Shown here: positions 12,801 to 25,431 of the stretch, piece after piece
How the letters are laid out: the number at the start of each line of letters is the position of its first letter
Position numbering within the stretch: the first letter of the stretch is position 1
Translations under genes and position numbers: made by a program
DNA from: Eledone cirrhosa
Taxonomy: Eukaryota
NCBI GenBank assembly: GCA_964016885.1
Contig: OZ024753.1
Span: 43,462,001-43,526,000 of the forward strand
Reading direction: 5' to 3'
Length of the DNA stretch: 64,000 bases
The notes under the pieces: model-generated
What the model was told of the DNA's origin: nothing
Seen by the model: the letters and a program-made list of their open reading frames with translations, nothing else
The model's database searches: none

Positions 12801-12871
12801 TATTTTATTATGCGCATTTCAAAAACAAACATCATCAAACAATAATATTTGTGTTTTCATCAGATAAAATA
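12801..12871 (-). ncRNA. Minimal type I hammerhead ribozyme (mirror copy)
   Basis: Reverse complement of 13000-13070. Confidence 0.85.
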
Positions 12872-12999
12872 GGAGAACATGATATGAAGGCTAAAAAACA
12901 CTTGTGGATAGTGCAGTTTTAAATCAACATATCATATGATATGTTGATTTAAAACTGCACTATCCACAAGTGTTTTTTAGCCTTCATATCATGTTCTCC

Positions 13000-13070
13000 T
13001 ATTTTATCTGATGAAAACACAAATATTATTGTTTGATGATGTTTGTTTTTGAAATGCGCATAATAAAATA
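13000..13070 (+). ncRNA. Minimal type I hammerhead ribozyme
   Basis: TATTTTAT CTGATGA AAAC-ACAAATATTATT(GTTT)GATGATGTTTGT-TTTT GAAA TGCGCA TA ATAAAATA; 8-bp stem I, long stem II, palindromic stem III TGCGCA, AUA triplet. Confidence 0.88.
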
Positions 13071-13249
13071 TATGGAACTCCTTTAACCATCTTTTGATCT
13101 TATATTATATATATATATATATATATATGTACACACACATACACATGTTTGTGTGTGTTTATGCATTTATGTATGCATATGTGTGTGTATGCATATTTAT
13201 ATATATATATATATATATATATGCATACATATGGGTGTAAAACAACCCC

Positions 13250-13263
13250 GCAGTAGCGTTACC

Positions 13264-13295
<32 letters not shown>

Positions 13296-13432
13296 AATGG
13301 GGACTTCAATTGTTTTATTTTTATATAGTTTATTGTTATTTATCATTGTTAAACATTTTATGTAAAACTCCCGCTGTCACGTCTTGTAATGTCCCATTTT
13401 TGTATGCCCCTGTGGCAAATAAAGAAAGATAT
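13250..13432 (+). mobile_element. LINE 3' UTR fragment related to 59285-59497
   Basis: Shared ending TGTCC...TATG..CCC(T)TGTGG..AATAAAGAAAG. Confidence 0.45.
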
Positions 13433-13440
13433 CTATATAT

Positions 13441-13660
13441 ATCATCATCAGCGTTTTACGTCCGCTCTTCCACGCTAAACATGGGTTAGACGGATTGTCC
13501 TGTTGTGGGCAGCGTCCAGTCGGCTGACCTTGTCCTGCTCATATGGAAACTAATTCTGGCTTGATTTCTACAGCTGGATGCCCTTCCTCACACCAACCTC
13601 ATTTACAGTGAGTGGTGGGAGCTTTTTTTGCGTGGCACCTCCATGACCATTTTACAGTGG
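13441..13660 (-). mobile_element. Bipartite RTE-derived SINE fragment (RTE 5'-UTR-like segment plus RTE 3' tail)
   Basis: Minus strand: GGTGCCACGCAAAAAAAGC...GGTTGGTGTGAGGAAGGGCATCCAGCTGTAGAAA...AACCCATGTTTAGCGTGGAAGAGCGGACGTAAAACGCTGATGATG. Confidence 0.65.
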
Positions 13661-13679
13661 GAGGGGGTGGGGGCATATA

Positions 13680-13719
<40 letters not shown>

Positions 13720-13752
13720 TACCGTGGAAGATGGATGTTAAACGATGATGAC

Positions 13753-13824
<72 letters not shown>

Positions 13825-14501
13825 TGTATACATAGATATATGGTTGAGCAAACATGCGACTGCAAATATACTAAGCTGAAATCATCTAAATTTGAACTGC
13901 GACCCTTGCATTATCTGCAGTGAATGTTGTGTTAGATGTACATGTCGATAATTGGTGTTTTGTATTTGTCATGGAATATAGAACTACATGATGGCAACAC
14001 TTTACTGAAGGTTTATATTTGGTTGCACTTGGTTGTTAGCTGAAGCTGAGTTTGGTGCAGAAATTTGGCAGTTATGCATTTTAACAGAAACATCAAAGTC
14101 CCAAACATAGATAGATAGAAAGGAGAAAAGAAATATTAAAAAAACAGAAGAAAAGAAATAAAAAAGGAAAGCTTCGTTTTTGATATTCAGGAAGAATTTA
14201 TTGTCTGTGCTGGGTTTTATAGAGAGTAGGAGACAGACAGACAGAATTATATAGAATATAATAGAATCTCGTAGAGTGTTGGAAGTATACAATAGAATAT
14301 ATATCTACAGAAGAGTTATTTCTTGAGTTGATAGGTATAGGCAGTGAGGACAGGAACATGGATAAATTTGATAAATTAATATCTTTTAGATGTAAATATC
14401 ATCTCTGTCCACAAATATGTAATATATACACACATAGAATACAGCACATACATACACACAGATGTACTTGTGAACATAAACATACATCATTTCGCTGTCT
14501 G

Positions 14502-14504
<3 letters not shown>

Positions 14505-14547
<43 letters not shown>

Positions 14548-14556
14548 ACCTCTCTT

Positions 14557-14605
<49 letters not shown>

Positions 14606-15136
14606 TTCTCTTTCTCTCTCTCTTTCTCTCTCTCTGTGTGTGTGTGAAAGCCACAAATGTTTTAATGGCTCTACCTATCTGCCACCATACACACACACAT
14701 ACGCAAATACACACATACATTCATTCATACATCCATACATCCATATATAGATATACACACACATGCATCCATACACACACACATGCATGCACACATACAT
14801 ACATATATACATACATACATATATACATACATACATCATATACACAATTATAGATGTATGCAAACATATATACATACATACACATACACACATATACGTA
14901 CATTCATTCATAAATACATGCACATACACACATTCATACATATATATGCACACACATTCATACATATATATGCACACACATACATACATTCATACAAATA
15001 TGCACACACATACACATATACATACACATACACATACGTTCATATATATATACACACATACACACACATTCATACACATATGCACACATACACATACATT
15101 CATATATATATATATATATACACATACACATACATT

Positions 15137-15180
<44 letters not shown>

Positions 15181-15530
15181 TACGTTCATATATATACATA
15201 CATACACATACATTCATACACATATGCACACATACACATACATTTATACACATATACACACACATACACACACACACACGCACACACACATACGTTCATA
15301 TATATATATACATACATACACAACCCATGCTAGCGTGGAAGAACGAACGTAAAACGGTGATGATAATGATGATACACATACATTCATATATATATACACA
15401 CATACATTTATACACATATACATACATTCATATATATATACACACACACACATACATTCACACACACACACACATACACACATATATATATATATATACA
15501 CAAACACATACACATCATTCATACATATTT
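14505..15530. repeat. (CT)n then (CA)/(CATA) microsatellite field, containing a short RTE tail at 15321-15372
   Basis: Direct reading. Confidence 0.9.
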
Positions 15531-16114
15531 ACACTCACTAAAACACAAACATGCAACATTCTTCTTTGTTTATTTTTTTCAAAAGAAGTAATTCTTTAAG
15601 TATATTTTATCAAAACATGTTTCTCTCTGTGATTACTCTCCAAATTGGTTTGCTTCTCTTACTAGATTATCAAACATAGCTGAAGGTTAACATTTTAATA
15701 AGACAGTTTGGAAATAAGATTACTTTGAAGAATTTCAATTCTGAATCGTTTTTCCCCTTCTTTTAATTTTTCCTTTGTTTTTACCAAAAAATATAGTTTT
15801 TTTTTATTTTTACTTATTCTTGATTTCTTCACTTTATTAAATAAATGTTCAAATTTAATTTTCAATGAAATATATTTTTTTAAATATTTATTTGTTGTTT
15901 TCTTAAATGAAATTCTAGTAATGTACTACAGTTCTTTTGGTAGTATATATATTATGATTTCGGTAGATTATTATTATCGTTATTATTATTAAAAGAAAGA
16001 TTCTATAGTTTTGTTTAACTATCCTTGAATATGTGGATGTAATTGTTGGACTGTGTGAATTGATCTATAGGGAAATACGTACGCGTTTAATTGTGGTTGT
16101 ATATGTAGATATAC

Positions 16115-16295
16115 CATCATCATCATCATCATTTTATGTCCGCTTTTCCCTGCTTGAAAGGGTGGGGCGGGTCCTATTCAACACGGCATCTCTTCACTTG
16201 TCACGATCCTTCGTCATCTCCTCGGTGAGTTTCAGCGATCTGAGGTCTGCTCTCACCACCTCCACCCATCTTTTTGTGGTCTTCCTCTACTGCGT
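16115..16295 (-). mobile_element. RTE-clade LINE 3' end
   Basis: Minus strand encodes RGRPQK.WVEVVRADLRSLKLTEEMTKDRDK*RDAV followed by an (ATG)n tail; matches 18020-18198. Confidence 0.85.
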
Positions 16296-16321
16296 CTTTC
16301 TACATATGTATATATGTTACA

Positions 16322-16365
<44 letters not shown>

Positions 16366-16699
16366 AGCTGTTTATTTTAAAGTGTTAATATTTATCCAGA
16401 AAACCCTTCCATCAAATTTCATGTAAGAACCATTATTATGCTAAAAACACCAGCTTATTAATGACAAAATGAGTTTTGTGCCAGTAAATGATAATAATAA
16501 TGAAATTATTGTGTACAGTGCTCAGGTGCACTACAACTCATCAAAGGTGCATGTATAGTACATAAAATAATGTACAAATGTCAGGAAATAATTCCAGATT
16601 CTTGATAATAAAAAATGTTATTTGAAAATTACAGATGGTGTCTTTCAGTATGGCCTTACAGTATGGTAAAAAGATTTATTAAAGATCATATATAAAGAT

Positions 16700-16875
16700 A
16701 GCCTAAGATATACTAGCTTTCACAAAGCATTGATTCATGCTCCCACCAGAGAATTTATGTAAAAGCTATAGTCTTATGGGACATTTATAACTAGGTCAGT
16801 AAATTGATTGTTGGAAGAAGATAAAACGTTTATTGACAGCTGATATCTGTCATGGCTGACAGTGATCTAGTGCAT
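16700..16875 (+). pseudogene. CR1/L2-type reverse transcriptase relic
   Basis: With frameshifts reads F-TKA(F)DS(V)PHQR..KL*SYG...GRR...SWLTV, matching the CR1 RT motif DFxKAFDSVPHxRLxxKLxxYG. Confidence 0.55.
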
Positions 16876-17144
16876 ATTATTGTTATTATTATTGCTAAAT
16901 CTAATTTTATTTGTTGGATTCAGAATACGACATGGTGTTACTAATTAAAAGTCTGTGCTAACTGTTTCATGTTGTCTCTGAGGAATTCATCTTTCTATGG
17001 CATTGAGTGAAATTAGTGCACTGAGATTGGGTGGCCTTGATGACATTGGGTGCACTGAGTTCATTAAGTGTGATGAGATTGAGTGGCACTAGGTGCACTG
17101 GGTCGTATTGAGATTGGGTGGCCTTGAGTGCACTAGGTGCATTG

Positions 17145-17240
17145 AGTGCCTTTGCTCAAGGAATTAAATTCACCCAGTCCAGGAATTAAATTCACAAACT
17201 CATGATTGTGAATCTGATTCTCTAACCACTAAGCCATACT
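17145..17240 (-). mobile_element. SINE family B fragment
   Basis: Minus strand: TGGCTTAGTGGTTAGAG...TTCCTGGACTGGG...CTTGAGCAAAGGCAC. Confidence 0.6.
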
Positions 17241-17366
17241 TATAAATGATTATATTTCGGCACTGATACCTCCAAAATAGTTTTATTAAATTAATAATAT
17301 TGTGGGAGGCGATGACTTTTGGTGTGATTATTAATAAGAATTTGATTTCTCATGAAGATTGTGGCT

Positions 17367-17545
17367 TTAACCCTTTTGTTGTTGAATTTCTACCTAAAAT
17401 ACACCCTCTTCCTATGTGTTTCAATTAAATTCTGAAATAAACAAGAATTTAAACTAGTTATGTAAATCACCTATACAACTTTGCTTATGAATGTGCATTT
17501 TGGAACATAACTTCATGAAAAAAGGTTCTTAAATCTATCACATAA
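17367..17545 (+). mobile_element. piggyBac-type MITE family P2 fragment
   Basis: TTAACCCTTTTGTT left end; body similar to 25432-26460, 30575-30810 and reverse copies at 16375-16490 and 29640-29795. Confidence 0.55.
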
Positions 17546-18019
17546 TGAATTATTAGTCAATGTTCACCTGGTTATATAACAGAATTGTAATATAACAGAA
17601 AAATTTGTACATTATTGAATTTTTAGTTGACATTGAGTGCAAATAAAACAGGTGTGCTATAAAGGTAATATAATGTAATTTATGTTTAAAAGAACATTAC
17701 AAAATGAAATAAATTCATACATAGAATAATCACTTAGCTTACAGGTAAATAAAATTTACAGATAAATTAAAATTACAGGTAAATAAAAATAAAGTAAAAC
17801 AAAATTGAAAACTAAGTAAATTTTTAATTTGAAAATAAAATATTTAAAAAATAAAAAAATAAAATCATGTTTGTTTCTTGGAGAGATGTAAAAGATCCTG
17901 TTTTATAGAATATATTATGGTAAGTTGTTTCAAATGGCACCACTGGTATTTTCATGTGGACATTCCTGGTACTGGTTCTTGCTACTATTGATTTAAAAAA
18001 AAAAATTTATGTGGATCAG

Positions 18020-18198
18020 GAAAAACACGGAAGACTGCAAAAAACATGGACGGAGGTGGTGAGAGCAGACCTCAGATCGTTGAAGCTCATGGAGGAGATC
18101 ACGAAGGACCGTGACAAGTGGAGAGATGCTGTGTTCAATAGGACCCGCCCACTCTTGCAAGCAGGGAAAAGCGGACGTAAAATGATGATGATGATGAT
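18020..18198 (+). mobile_element. RTE-clade LINE 3' end
   Basis: HGRLQKTWTEVVRADLRSLKLMEEITKDRDKWRDAV (RTE C-terminal RGRP..W..D...DR..WR motif), then CTTGCAAGCAGGGAAAAGCGGACGTAAA(ATG)n. Confidence 0.88.
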
Positions 18199-18697
18199 CA
18201 GAAGAATTCAGAGATATGTTCCTGTTGCAGGCTTTTGTTCTCCTTCCAATAGATATTTTTGTTTTGAAGAATACCCCTTGCCTTCAACTGCATTGCTACA
18301 TTGAATTGATGGGGTGAATATAAAGGTTGGATGTGTTTTAAACAATATATGTCAGGCAAGCCCACAATGAGAAAGTAAAATCTCAAATAGTATACGACAT
18401 AGGGTATATTATAATCAGAGAAAGACTTTCTTCACCCTGTACCGTGACCAGGTCCTGCCTATTCTGAAAAAATTCAGAGACTATTTCTTTTCAAACTTTC
18501 ACTTCATTCTTCTTGGAAAATATTACTTTTATTATCTGCATTACTGCTGTTATTATAATCAGTCACTGTCAGCATCTGTAATTGAAATATCCGAGTCTTC
18601 AGAATTCCCACATGTTTTTGGATTAGTCTTTACTCTCTTTTTTAGCCTATTCTTTGCTTATAAATGCGAAGCTTGTAGCCATTATTTTTACACATCG

Positions 18698-19115
18698 GGC
18701 GGTGGATTGGCAGTATCGGTAGAGGGTCGGACGCCATGTTAGGGCGGTGGATTGGCAGTATCAGTAGAGGGTCGGACGCCATGTTAGGGCGGTGGATTGG
18801 CAGTATCGGTAGAGGGTCGGACGCCATGTTAGGGCGGTGGATTGGCAGTATCGGTAGAGGGTCGGACGCCATGTTAGGGCGGTGGATTGGCAGTATCGGT
18901 AAAGTGTCGGATGCCATGTTAGGGCGGTGAATTGGCAGTATCGGTAGAGGGTCGGACGCCATGCTTTGCAGCATAGAGTTACGACCCTTTATGGTCTGAG
19001 TTCAAATCCCACCAAGGTTAACTTTGCCTTTCATCCTTACGGGGTCGATAAAATAAAGTACCAGTAATACACTTGGATAATTGCTGGCCTTGTGCCAAAA
19101 GTAGAAACAATTATT
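18698..19115 (+). mobile_element. SINE family A with six tandem 45-bp heads
   Basis: GGCGGTGGATTGGCAGTATCGGTAGAGGGTCGGACGCCATGTTAG units at 18698, 18743, 18788, 18833, 18878 and 18923; the last continues into B box, core and tail. Confidence 0.92.
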
Positions 19116-19649
19116 TTTACACATAAACAGTATGGAAAAATTTTTTTTTCAAAAATTTGGAGCCTACAAATTTTGTGATGAAAAATCTCTAAGAATTCTT
19201 TCTCTAGTGAAGTCACATGTTATCACAAATGCAGTAATGAGATTTGCATTGATATTCTTTCTAATTTAAATATGAATAGGTCATTTCGGTTAGGTTGGTA
19301 TTATTAGACTGACAAATTTTGAGATAGGTTTTGAGTGGGTTGGTATTGAAAGGATTTTAGAGTACGTATAAGTAGTCACTGCACTCAATCCACTTGATTT
19401 ATATTTAATGTTTCACTGTTAAAATAGACATATAATGTATCTGATCTCGTTTGGGGAATGCTAGCTATGGTATATAGGTACAACTCACTAAGCTTTTAAT
19501 TGTCTCTATAAATGTATATCTACTATGAAGATATGCAGCTGATATCTCAGACTTTTATGAAGCACTGAGAAAAATAAAGTCAATGGCAACTTCTTTTTCC
19601 ATCTTTTAAGGGGTTCACCCTGTTTTATAAGCTATTTTGTAGCATTTCC

Positions 19650-19846
19650 GTTTCAACGGAAAGAGGTGAGAGAATTCTGGCCAGATACAGCTGGTTTGAA
19701 CAGAAAGAGGTGAGAGAATTCAGGCCAGATACAGCTGGTTTGAACAGAAAGAAGTGAGAGAATTCAGGCCAGATACAGCCAGTTTGAACAGAAAGAAGTG
19801 AGAGAATTCTGGCTGGATACAACCAGTTTAAATACTAAAGGGTTAA
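19650..19846. mobile_element. MITE P1 terminal part with a 44-bp internal segment repeated 4 times
   Basis: AACAGAAAGAGGTGAGAGAATTCTGGCCAGATACAGCTGGTTTG repeats, ending TAAAGGG-TTAA. Confidence 0.8.
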
Positions 19847-20159
19847 ACCTTTCCTGGATAGAGAGACTGTCAGTGACTTAAAACAAACTTTATAAAATGG
19901 GAGTATTTCTTGTTGCTGTAACTGTAGTTCTAGATACATAAACACAGAAGTGGGAATATGAACATAAACATGGTTTAAAAACACACCAAATGTTTTTGTT
20001 TTATTTCTAAACCTGGAATTATTACTTCATTCTCAGACAGATTAAATATTAACTTGTTTACTGTCCATTTCACTTTCTTACATTCATTTTTCAAGGAATT
20101 ATTTAATAAGAAGTACGTAATGAGTTGTTATTATTAAGCTGCTCAGAGCTGGAAATGTT

Positions 20160-20211
20160 TATACATATATCTATATATTGAGTTATATATATATATGTAC
20201 ACACACACATA

Positions 20212-20254
<43 letters not shown>

Positions 20255-20484
20255 GTATATAGATATATATGTATATAGATATATATGTATATAGATATAT
20301 ATGTATATATGTGTATATGTATATATATATATGTGTGTGTATATGTATATATATACACACATGTATGTATACTGTGTGATTCAGTTGTTCATCTCAGTTA
20401 CATTTTTTGGCTTCTCTGATGTAGAATATTTTTTATACATATTTCATCATATAGGTGTAGCATGTGTGTGTGTGTGTATATATT

Positions 20485-20529
<45 letters not shown>

Positions 20530-20736
20530 GTGTGTATGTATATATATATATATGTGTGTGTGTGTGTATGTGTGTGTGTATGTGTGTGTATGTATGTATA
20601 TATGTGTGTGTATATATGTGTGTGTGTGTGTGTGTATATAGATGTATATATATATGTGTGTGTGTGTGTGTATGTATATATATGTATATATATATGTGTG
20701 TTTGTGTATATATATATATATGAATATTTATATGTA

Positions 20737-20775
<39 letters not shown>
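20160..20775. repeat. (TA)/(TG) microsatellite field
   Basis: Direct reading. Confidence 0.95.
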
Positions 20776-20778
<3 letters not shown>

Positions 20779-21230
20779 CATTGTGTGTGTTATTGCATAA
20801 CTGAAATTTATATACATTTCTTGTTGCTGGTTGCTTATTTATTGAAGTAGAATTCTAAATTGATAAGAACAATTTCTATGAACTTACATAAAATTCTTGT
20901 TTTCTTTTTATTATGTATCTGATTATTATTTTATCAATGGAGGATTTGGTTTTGTTTTTTCAAATTTTGCAATCGCAGTTATTTGCTGAAGGTTATAGTA
21001 TGAGAGATTCAGACTACCACCTGATGTCTTTGGGATTTTATATGTAGCCAAACATACGCCTTTACTTACATATTTATCATTTAATAAAATACATTGTGAG
21101 TGTTTTTGAGAAATCACAAAAAAATATAAAGAATTTCGAAGGATTTAGTAAAACAATTTCGGCATTATGTATATATATATATATATATATAATGTGTATA
21201 TATATATATAATGTATATATATATATATAT

Positions 21231-21366
21231 AATGAAGGAATTGTGGTAAGGAACCAGATGGACCATAACGCACCAAAGTACTCAATACTTAGGGTAATAG
21301 GAACTATGTCCAGAAATAGCCGTCGAAACGGCTTGAGCTCTGCCATCAGGGTCATACTTGTTCCTA

Positions 21367-21367
<1 letters not shown>
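21231..21367 (-). mobile_element. Penelope-like remnant in microsatellite with decayed hammerhead
   Basis: Minus strand: CTGATGG CAGAG..AGCCGT(TTCG)ACGGCT..TTCTG GACA; two core substitutions and no stem I; GAGTACT motif at 21277. Confidence 0.4.
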
Positions 21368-21419
<52 letters not shown>

Positions 21420-22037
21420 ATATATATGTGTGTGTGTATATATACACGCACACACGTGTGTGTGTGTGTGTGTAAATGCACGAAGCAAATTGTCTACTAT
21501 AACGACTCCATCCATGCATAATTTAGACATATAGATCAGTTAAAGAAAAACACATTGATAATTTATTTTATTTTAAACTGTTTACAATTTGAAATATCAA
21601 ATTGAAATATACTGGATAAAACATTACCTTTTGTTTTATTTGTCATCCTTTGCTCTTTATATATTCCTACTACATTTTACTGGCTTTCTCAAACTCATCA
21701 GTCATTTATTACACAGACGCACACACAAGTGGGAGTTGGTATTTGCTTCTGCTAGATTTATATTTATCTCGCTGTGAGTTCTTCTTTCTTGTAAGGTTGG
21801 GGGAAACTGAGGAGGACTGCCCTGATTAAGCAGGTGAGCGAATACTGTAGATACATAGATGTTTTTGTTCTGAACAAGGGCACCTGAAAGGCTTACTGCA
21901 TCAAATTTATCCAGAGTGTTTAGATGTGAAATGAAATGGTTACAGCACTAACAGGGTCAGTTTTTTGGAAGTCACCATTATAAAAAACGATGGGGCTGTA
22001 GTGATGAGGATTTACAACAAGACTGGCGAGTTTAGTT

Positions 22038-22235
22038 TTAACCCTTTAGCATTTACATCCCCATATATTTACTATTGTATATTCATGGTAAAGGTTTGAT
22101 CTCACATAAGCTTAAGTCTACGAGATTTTGATGTTTTTATTGTTTATTTTAAGAACAATATCTCAAAGTCAGTATGAGCTGCTGGTTACAGTCGGTTTAA
22201 AAAAAGGGAAAGAATTCTGGCCAGATACAGCCGGG
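22038..22235. mobile_element. piggyBac-type MITE family P1, right end lost
   Basis: TTAACCCTTTAGCATTTAC start; body matches family. Confidence 0.75.
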
Positions 22236-22269
22236 TGAAGGTAGCTTGACTGCCTTTTACCTTCAGTTG

Positions 22270-22750
22270 TACACACATGGTAATGGGTTATAGTGTGTTT
22301 TCTCATCAAGTATTAAGGTATGGTAGAATAAATAGAAGCAGGTAAAAGATTTTATGGGCGAGGTTAAAAGTCTATTAATGCACATGGTTAGCCAAAGATT
22401 CGATAGGAAATTATTGATACAGCATTTTTGACATAGCATTGGTAAGAAAGGGAAGATTTTAAGAAGGTTCATAGCTATTTCAGGCTTACAGTTAAGTAAC
22501 GATTGGCTAAGCATCAGGAATGATAGGTGAGTTTGGGATTTTCCATTGAATTGTTAAAGTGGTTAATGTCAATGAGGAACAGTAGTGCTGGTGGTTGGAT
22601 GGTTTTGGGTTTTCCATAGAAACGTTAATTGTGTATCTAAAGGCAATGTACAAGTTAGGGCAACTTATTTTATGGCCTTAGAATCACATGACAATATATA
22701 TGTTTCAAGGGATTGTTCTAAGGCATGCATGATTTCAGCTAACTTTTGCA
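22270..22750 (-). pseudogene. Possible highly decayed LINE reverse transcriptase relic
   Basis: Only ALLFLIDINHFNNSMENP (cf. PLLFLIYINDL) is recognisable. Confidence 0.3.
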
Positions 22751-22781
22751 TGCTTCCGTAGTTGGGACTTGCAGGGATATA

Positions 22782-22989
22782 CCATATATACTCGAATATA
22801 AGCCGAGGGATATGTTATCAAAAGATCGATGGTAGAAGTGGGATCAGTTTATATTCGGGGTCAATATTTTGACGATTTTCACCAACTTCAAATTCAATAT
22901 AAATAAGGTTTGGTTTCTTGCTCATTTGTCAGACATAAAATAGCGGGGTTGGTGTATATTCTTTTCAGCTTATATTCGAGTATATACAA
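22782..22989. mobile_element. Tc1/mariner (pogo/Tigger-like) MITE
   Basis: TA + CCATATATACTCGAATATAAGCCGA ... TCAGCTTATATTCGAGTATATAC inverted termini. Confidence 0.75.
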
Positions 22990-23010
22990 TTTGTGTTTGA
23001 AGGGAGTGCT

Positions 23011-23228
23011 TTAACCCTTTTTACCATTTACATTACTCTATATTTACTATTGTATTTTCACAGTAAAGGCTTTACCTCACATAATATCTAATCTATAAGA
23101 TTTTGATAATATTTATTTTGAGAATAATACCTTAACATCAGTACGAGTGGCCAGTTATGGTCAGTTTGATCAGAAAGAGGTGAGAGAATTTTGGCCGGAT
23201 ACGGCCGGTTTAAATGCTAAAAGGTTAA
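23011..23228. mobile_element. piggyBac-type MITE family P1, complete copy
   Basis: TTAA-CCCTTTT...AAAAGG-TTAA. Confidence 0.85.
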
Positions 23229-24334
23229 AGTGACTCCATTTTCTACGACTGGCATTAATTAATGAAGAATTTTATAAAATTATTATTTCATTACTACAAT
23301 AACAATTTAACACATGATTCTTATAAGAAATTATTTGTAAAGATTTTAATTTAAATTGGAATCCTAACTCTCCTGTGACTGTATTTCTAATGAAATAGAC
23401 TTTATTTGAATTAATTAATCTTTTTCAGGGATTTACTGAAATTATTTTACTCAACATGATTCTTATATAAGATTATTTTGGAACATTCAAATTTAAATTG
23501 GAACACTTCAAAATTGGTGGATTTGTTTCATAGAACCAGAGGGGGTTTATAGCAAAAGGGTTAAGGATATTGACTTTATTTGAGGATATTTCATTCCTAC
23601 ACTAATCAGTACCAACAGTTATGTTAGAAGCCATGTCAATAACTCAAAAATTTCTCTAATTAACTGAAGGAACCCCTGTCTTTAACTTAATGTTTATATC
23701 TAAAATATCTCTCTCTCTCTAACTTAATGTTTATACCATCCAAGATATCTCTCTCTCTTTTTTTTCTAAATCACGGAAAAACATCCTTCGAGGTTTCTTC
23801 ACTTTTCTCCTGTAGATTTTATTTTGAATACACTTATGCAATCAGCATTCCCATATTTATATTTGCACTGACTAATTATATATGAGAGCTAATGTAAATA
23901 TTGATGGTTGATTTGTTAGTAGCACTGTTGTTTCAGTTTTATAGCTTTAAGGATCTTTACACTTAGAAGTCTGTCATGTTACTTCATGAAATAAAATTAT
24001 ATTTGATAACCTTTATAATGTATTTTATAACAGTTTTATAGTTTATATAATTGCGATGTATTTGGTTTTTCCTAATAAATTTGATGTAGTTGATGTAGGT
24101 TAATTGCTGTTCAGTGCTGTGTTTTGAAGTTTTATCCTTGAATTCTGTGGTAGTTTGTGTTAACAGTGCAAATGTTATTGTTAATTACTCAGCAGGCTAG
24201 CTTTATTTCAGTAATTTCCTTTGGAATTAAACTCTGTTGGAACTTAAAGCAAGTAGCTCTGGGAAATGAACTTAAATATTTGTATCTGAATAGCTGTCAT
24301 TGCAATTACAGAAAATCTATGTTTTTAGAGAAAG

Positions 24335-25030
24335 CATGTGTCCTGGTAGTTATGGTGTTAGACTTACAATCATAAAGTGTCCCAGTGGTTAGGGTGTTGG
24401 AATTAGAACACAAGGTGTCTCAGTGGTTCGGGTGTTAGACACACAATCATAAAGTGTCCCAGTGGTTAGGGTGTTGGAATTAGAACACAAGGTGTCTCAG
24501 TGGTTTGGGTGTTAGACACACAATCATAAAGTGTCCCAGTGGTTAGGGTGTTGGAATTAGAACACAAGGTGTCTCAGTGGTTCGGGTGTTAGACACACAA
24601 TCATAAAGTGTCCCAGTGGTTAGAGTTGCTTTGGCACCCAATCATAAGGTGTCCTAGTAGTTAACGTGTTAGAGTTACAACACAAGGTGTCCTGGTGGTT
24701 CGGGTGTTAGACTTACAGCACAAGGTGTCCTGGTAGTTAAAGTGTTGGACTTACAACATAAGGTATCCTATTGATTAGAGTCTTAGACACACAATCATAA
24801 GGTGTCTCAGTGATTAGGGTGTTGGACTTAGAACATAAGGTGTCTTAGTAGTTAAGGTGTTAGGCACACAATCACAAGGTGTCTCAGTGGTTAAGGTGTT
24901 AGACACACAATCACAAGGTGTTTCAGTGGTTAGTGTTAGGCACACAATCATAAGGTGACGGGTTTCATTCCTGAACTGGATGTCACCTTGTGTTCGTGAG
25001 GAAAAACTTTATTTCACATTGCTCTTACTG
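24335..25030 (+). mobile_element. SINE family B with about 16 tandem 38-39-bp heads (77-bp dimer periodicity)
   Basis: AAGGTGTCYCAGTGGTTAGGGTGTTRGACTTACAATCAT units (dimers at 24374, 24451, 24528, 24605), ending in B-box-like GGGTTTCATTCC and CORE-like ACTTTATTTCACATTGCTC. Confidence 0.85.
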
Positions 25031-25431
25031 TCAGAAATTACACCCAGTAGATAGTATCAGCAATGAGAAGACTAATGGCAACATAGTTTGTTGATATAAA
25101 GATAATAAATAGTTTCAGCAAAAAATACTCTATTAATTTCTCTCTGAATCAATTTTGTGCTGTCAGACATTTTATCTGTCAATGAAATCTGGGACATATT
25201 TTTTTTTTCTTATATTTGCTCTGAATGTTTCCTGTAAAACGGGAAATGAAGAATATTTATAAACACCTAGGGTCCTGTCAATATTAATGTCTATAATATA
25301 TGGGAGTCTGAGTTAAACAAAGGTCATTTCAATAAGAGTATTTATTGAAAGAATGTATTGGACAAGTTGTTAGTAATTCTATACAAGTCCAGATATGCTT
25401 GCAGTGGTGAAATTTCTGATTAGGTAAAGAA

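Larger units (their letters stand above)
12763..13108. repeat. Perfect 346-bp palindrome (173-bp arms, no spacer) in a Penelope-like element inserted in (TA)n
   Basis: Centre ATCAT|ATGAT at 12935/12936; arms read as reverse complements out to 12763/13108; unique tail 12674-12762 on the left. Confidence 0.95.

Noticed and set aside
21670-21710. Minus-strand CTGATGA..GAAA hammerhead-like core
   Set aside because: Stems I and II cannot pair
24335-25030. CRISPR array or tRNA gene cluster
   Set aside because: Contiguous SINE-head units without unique spacers or complete cloverleafs
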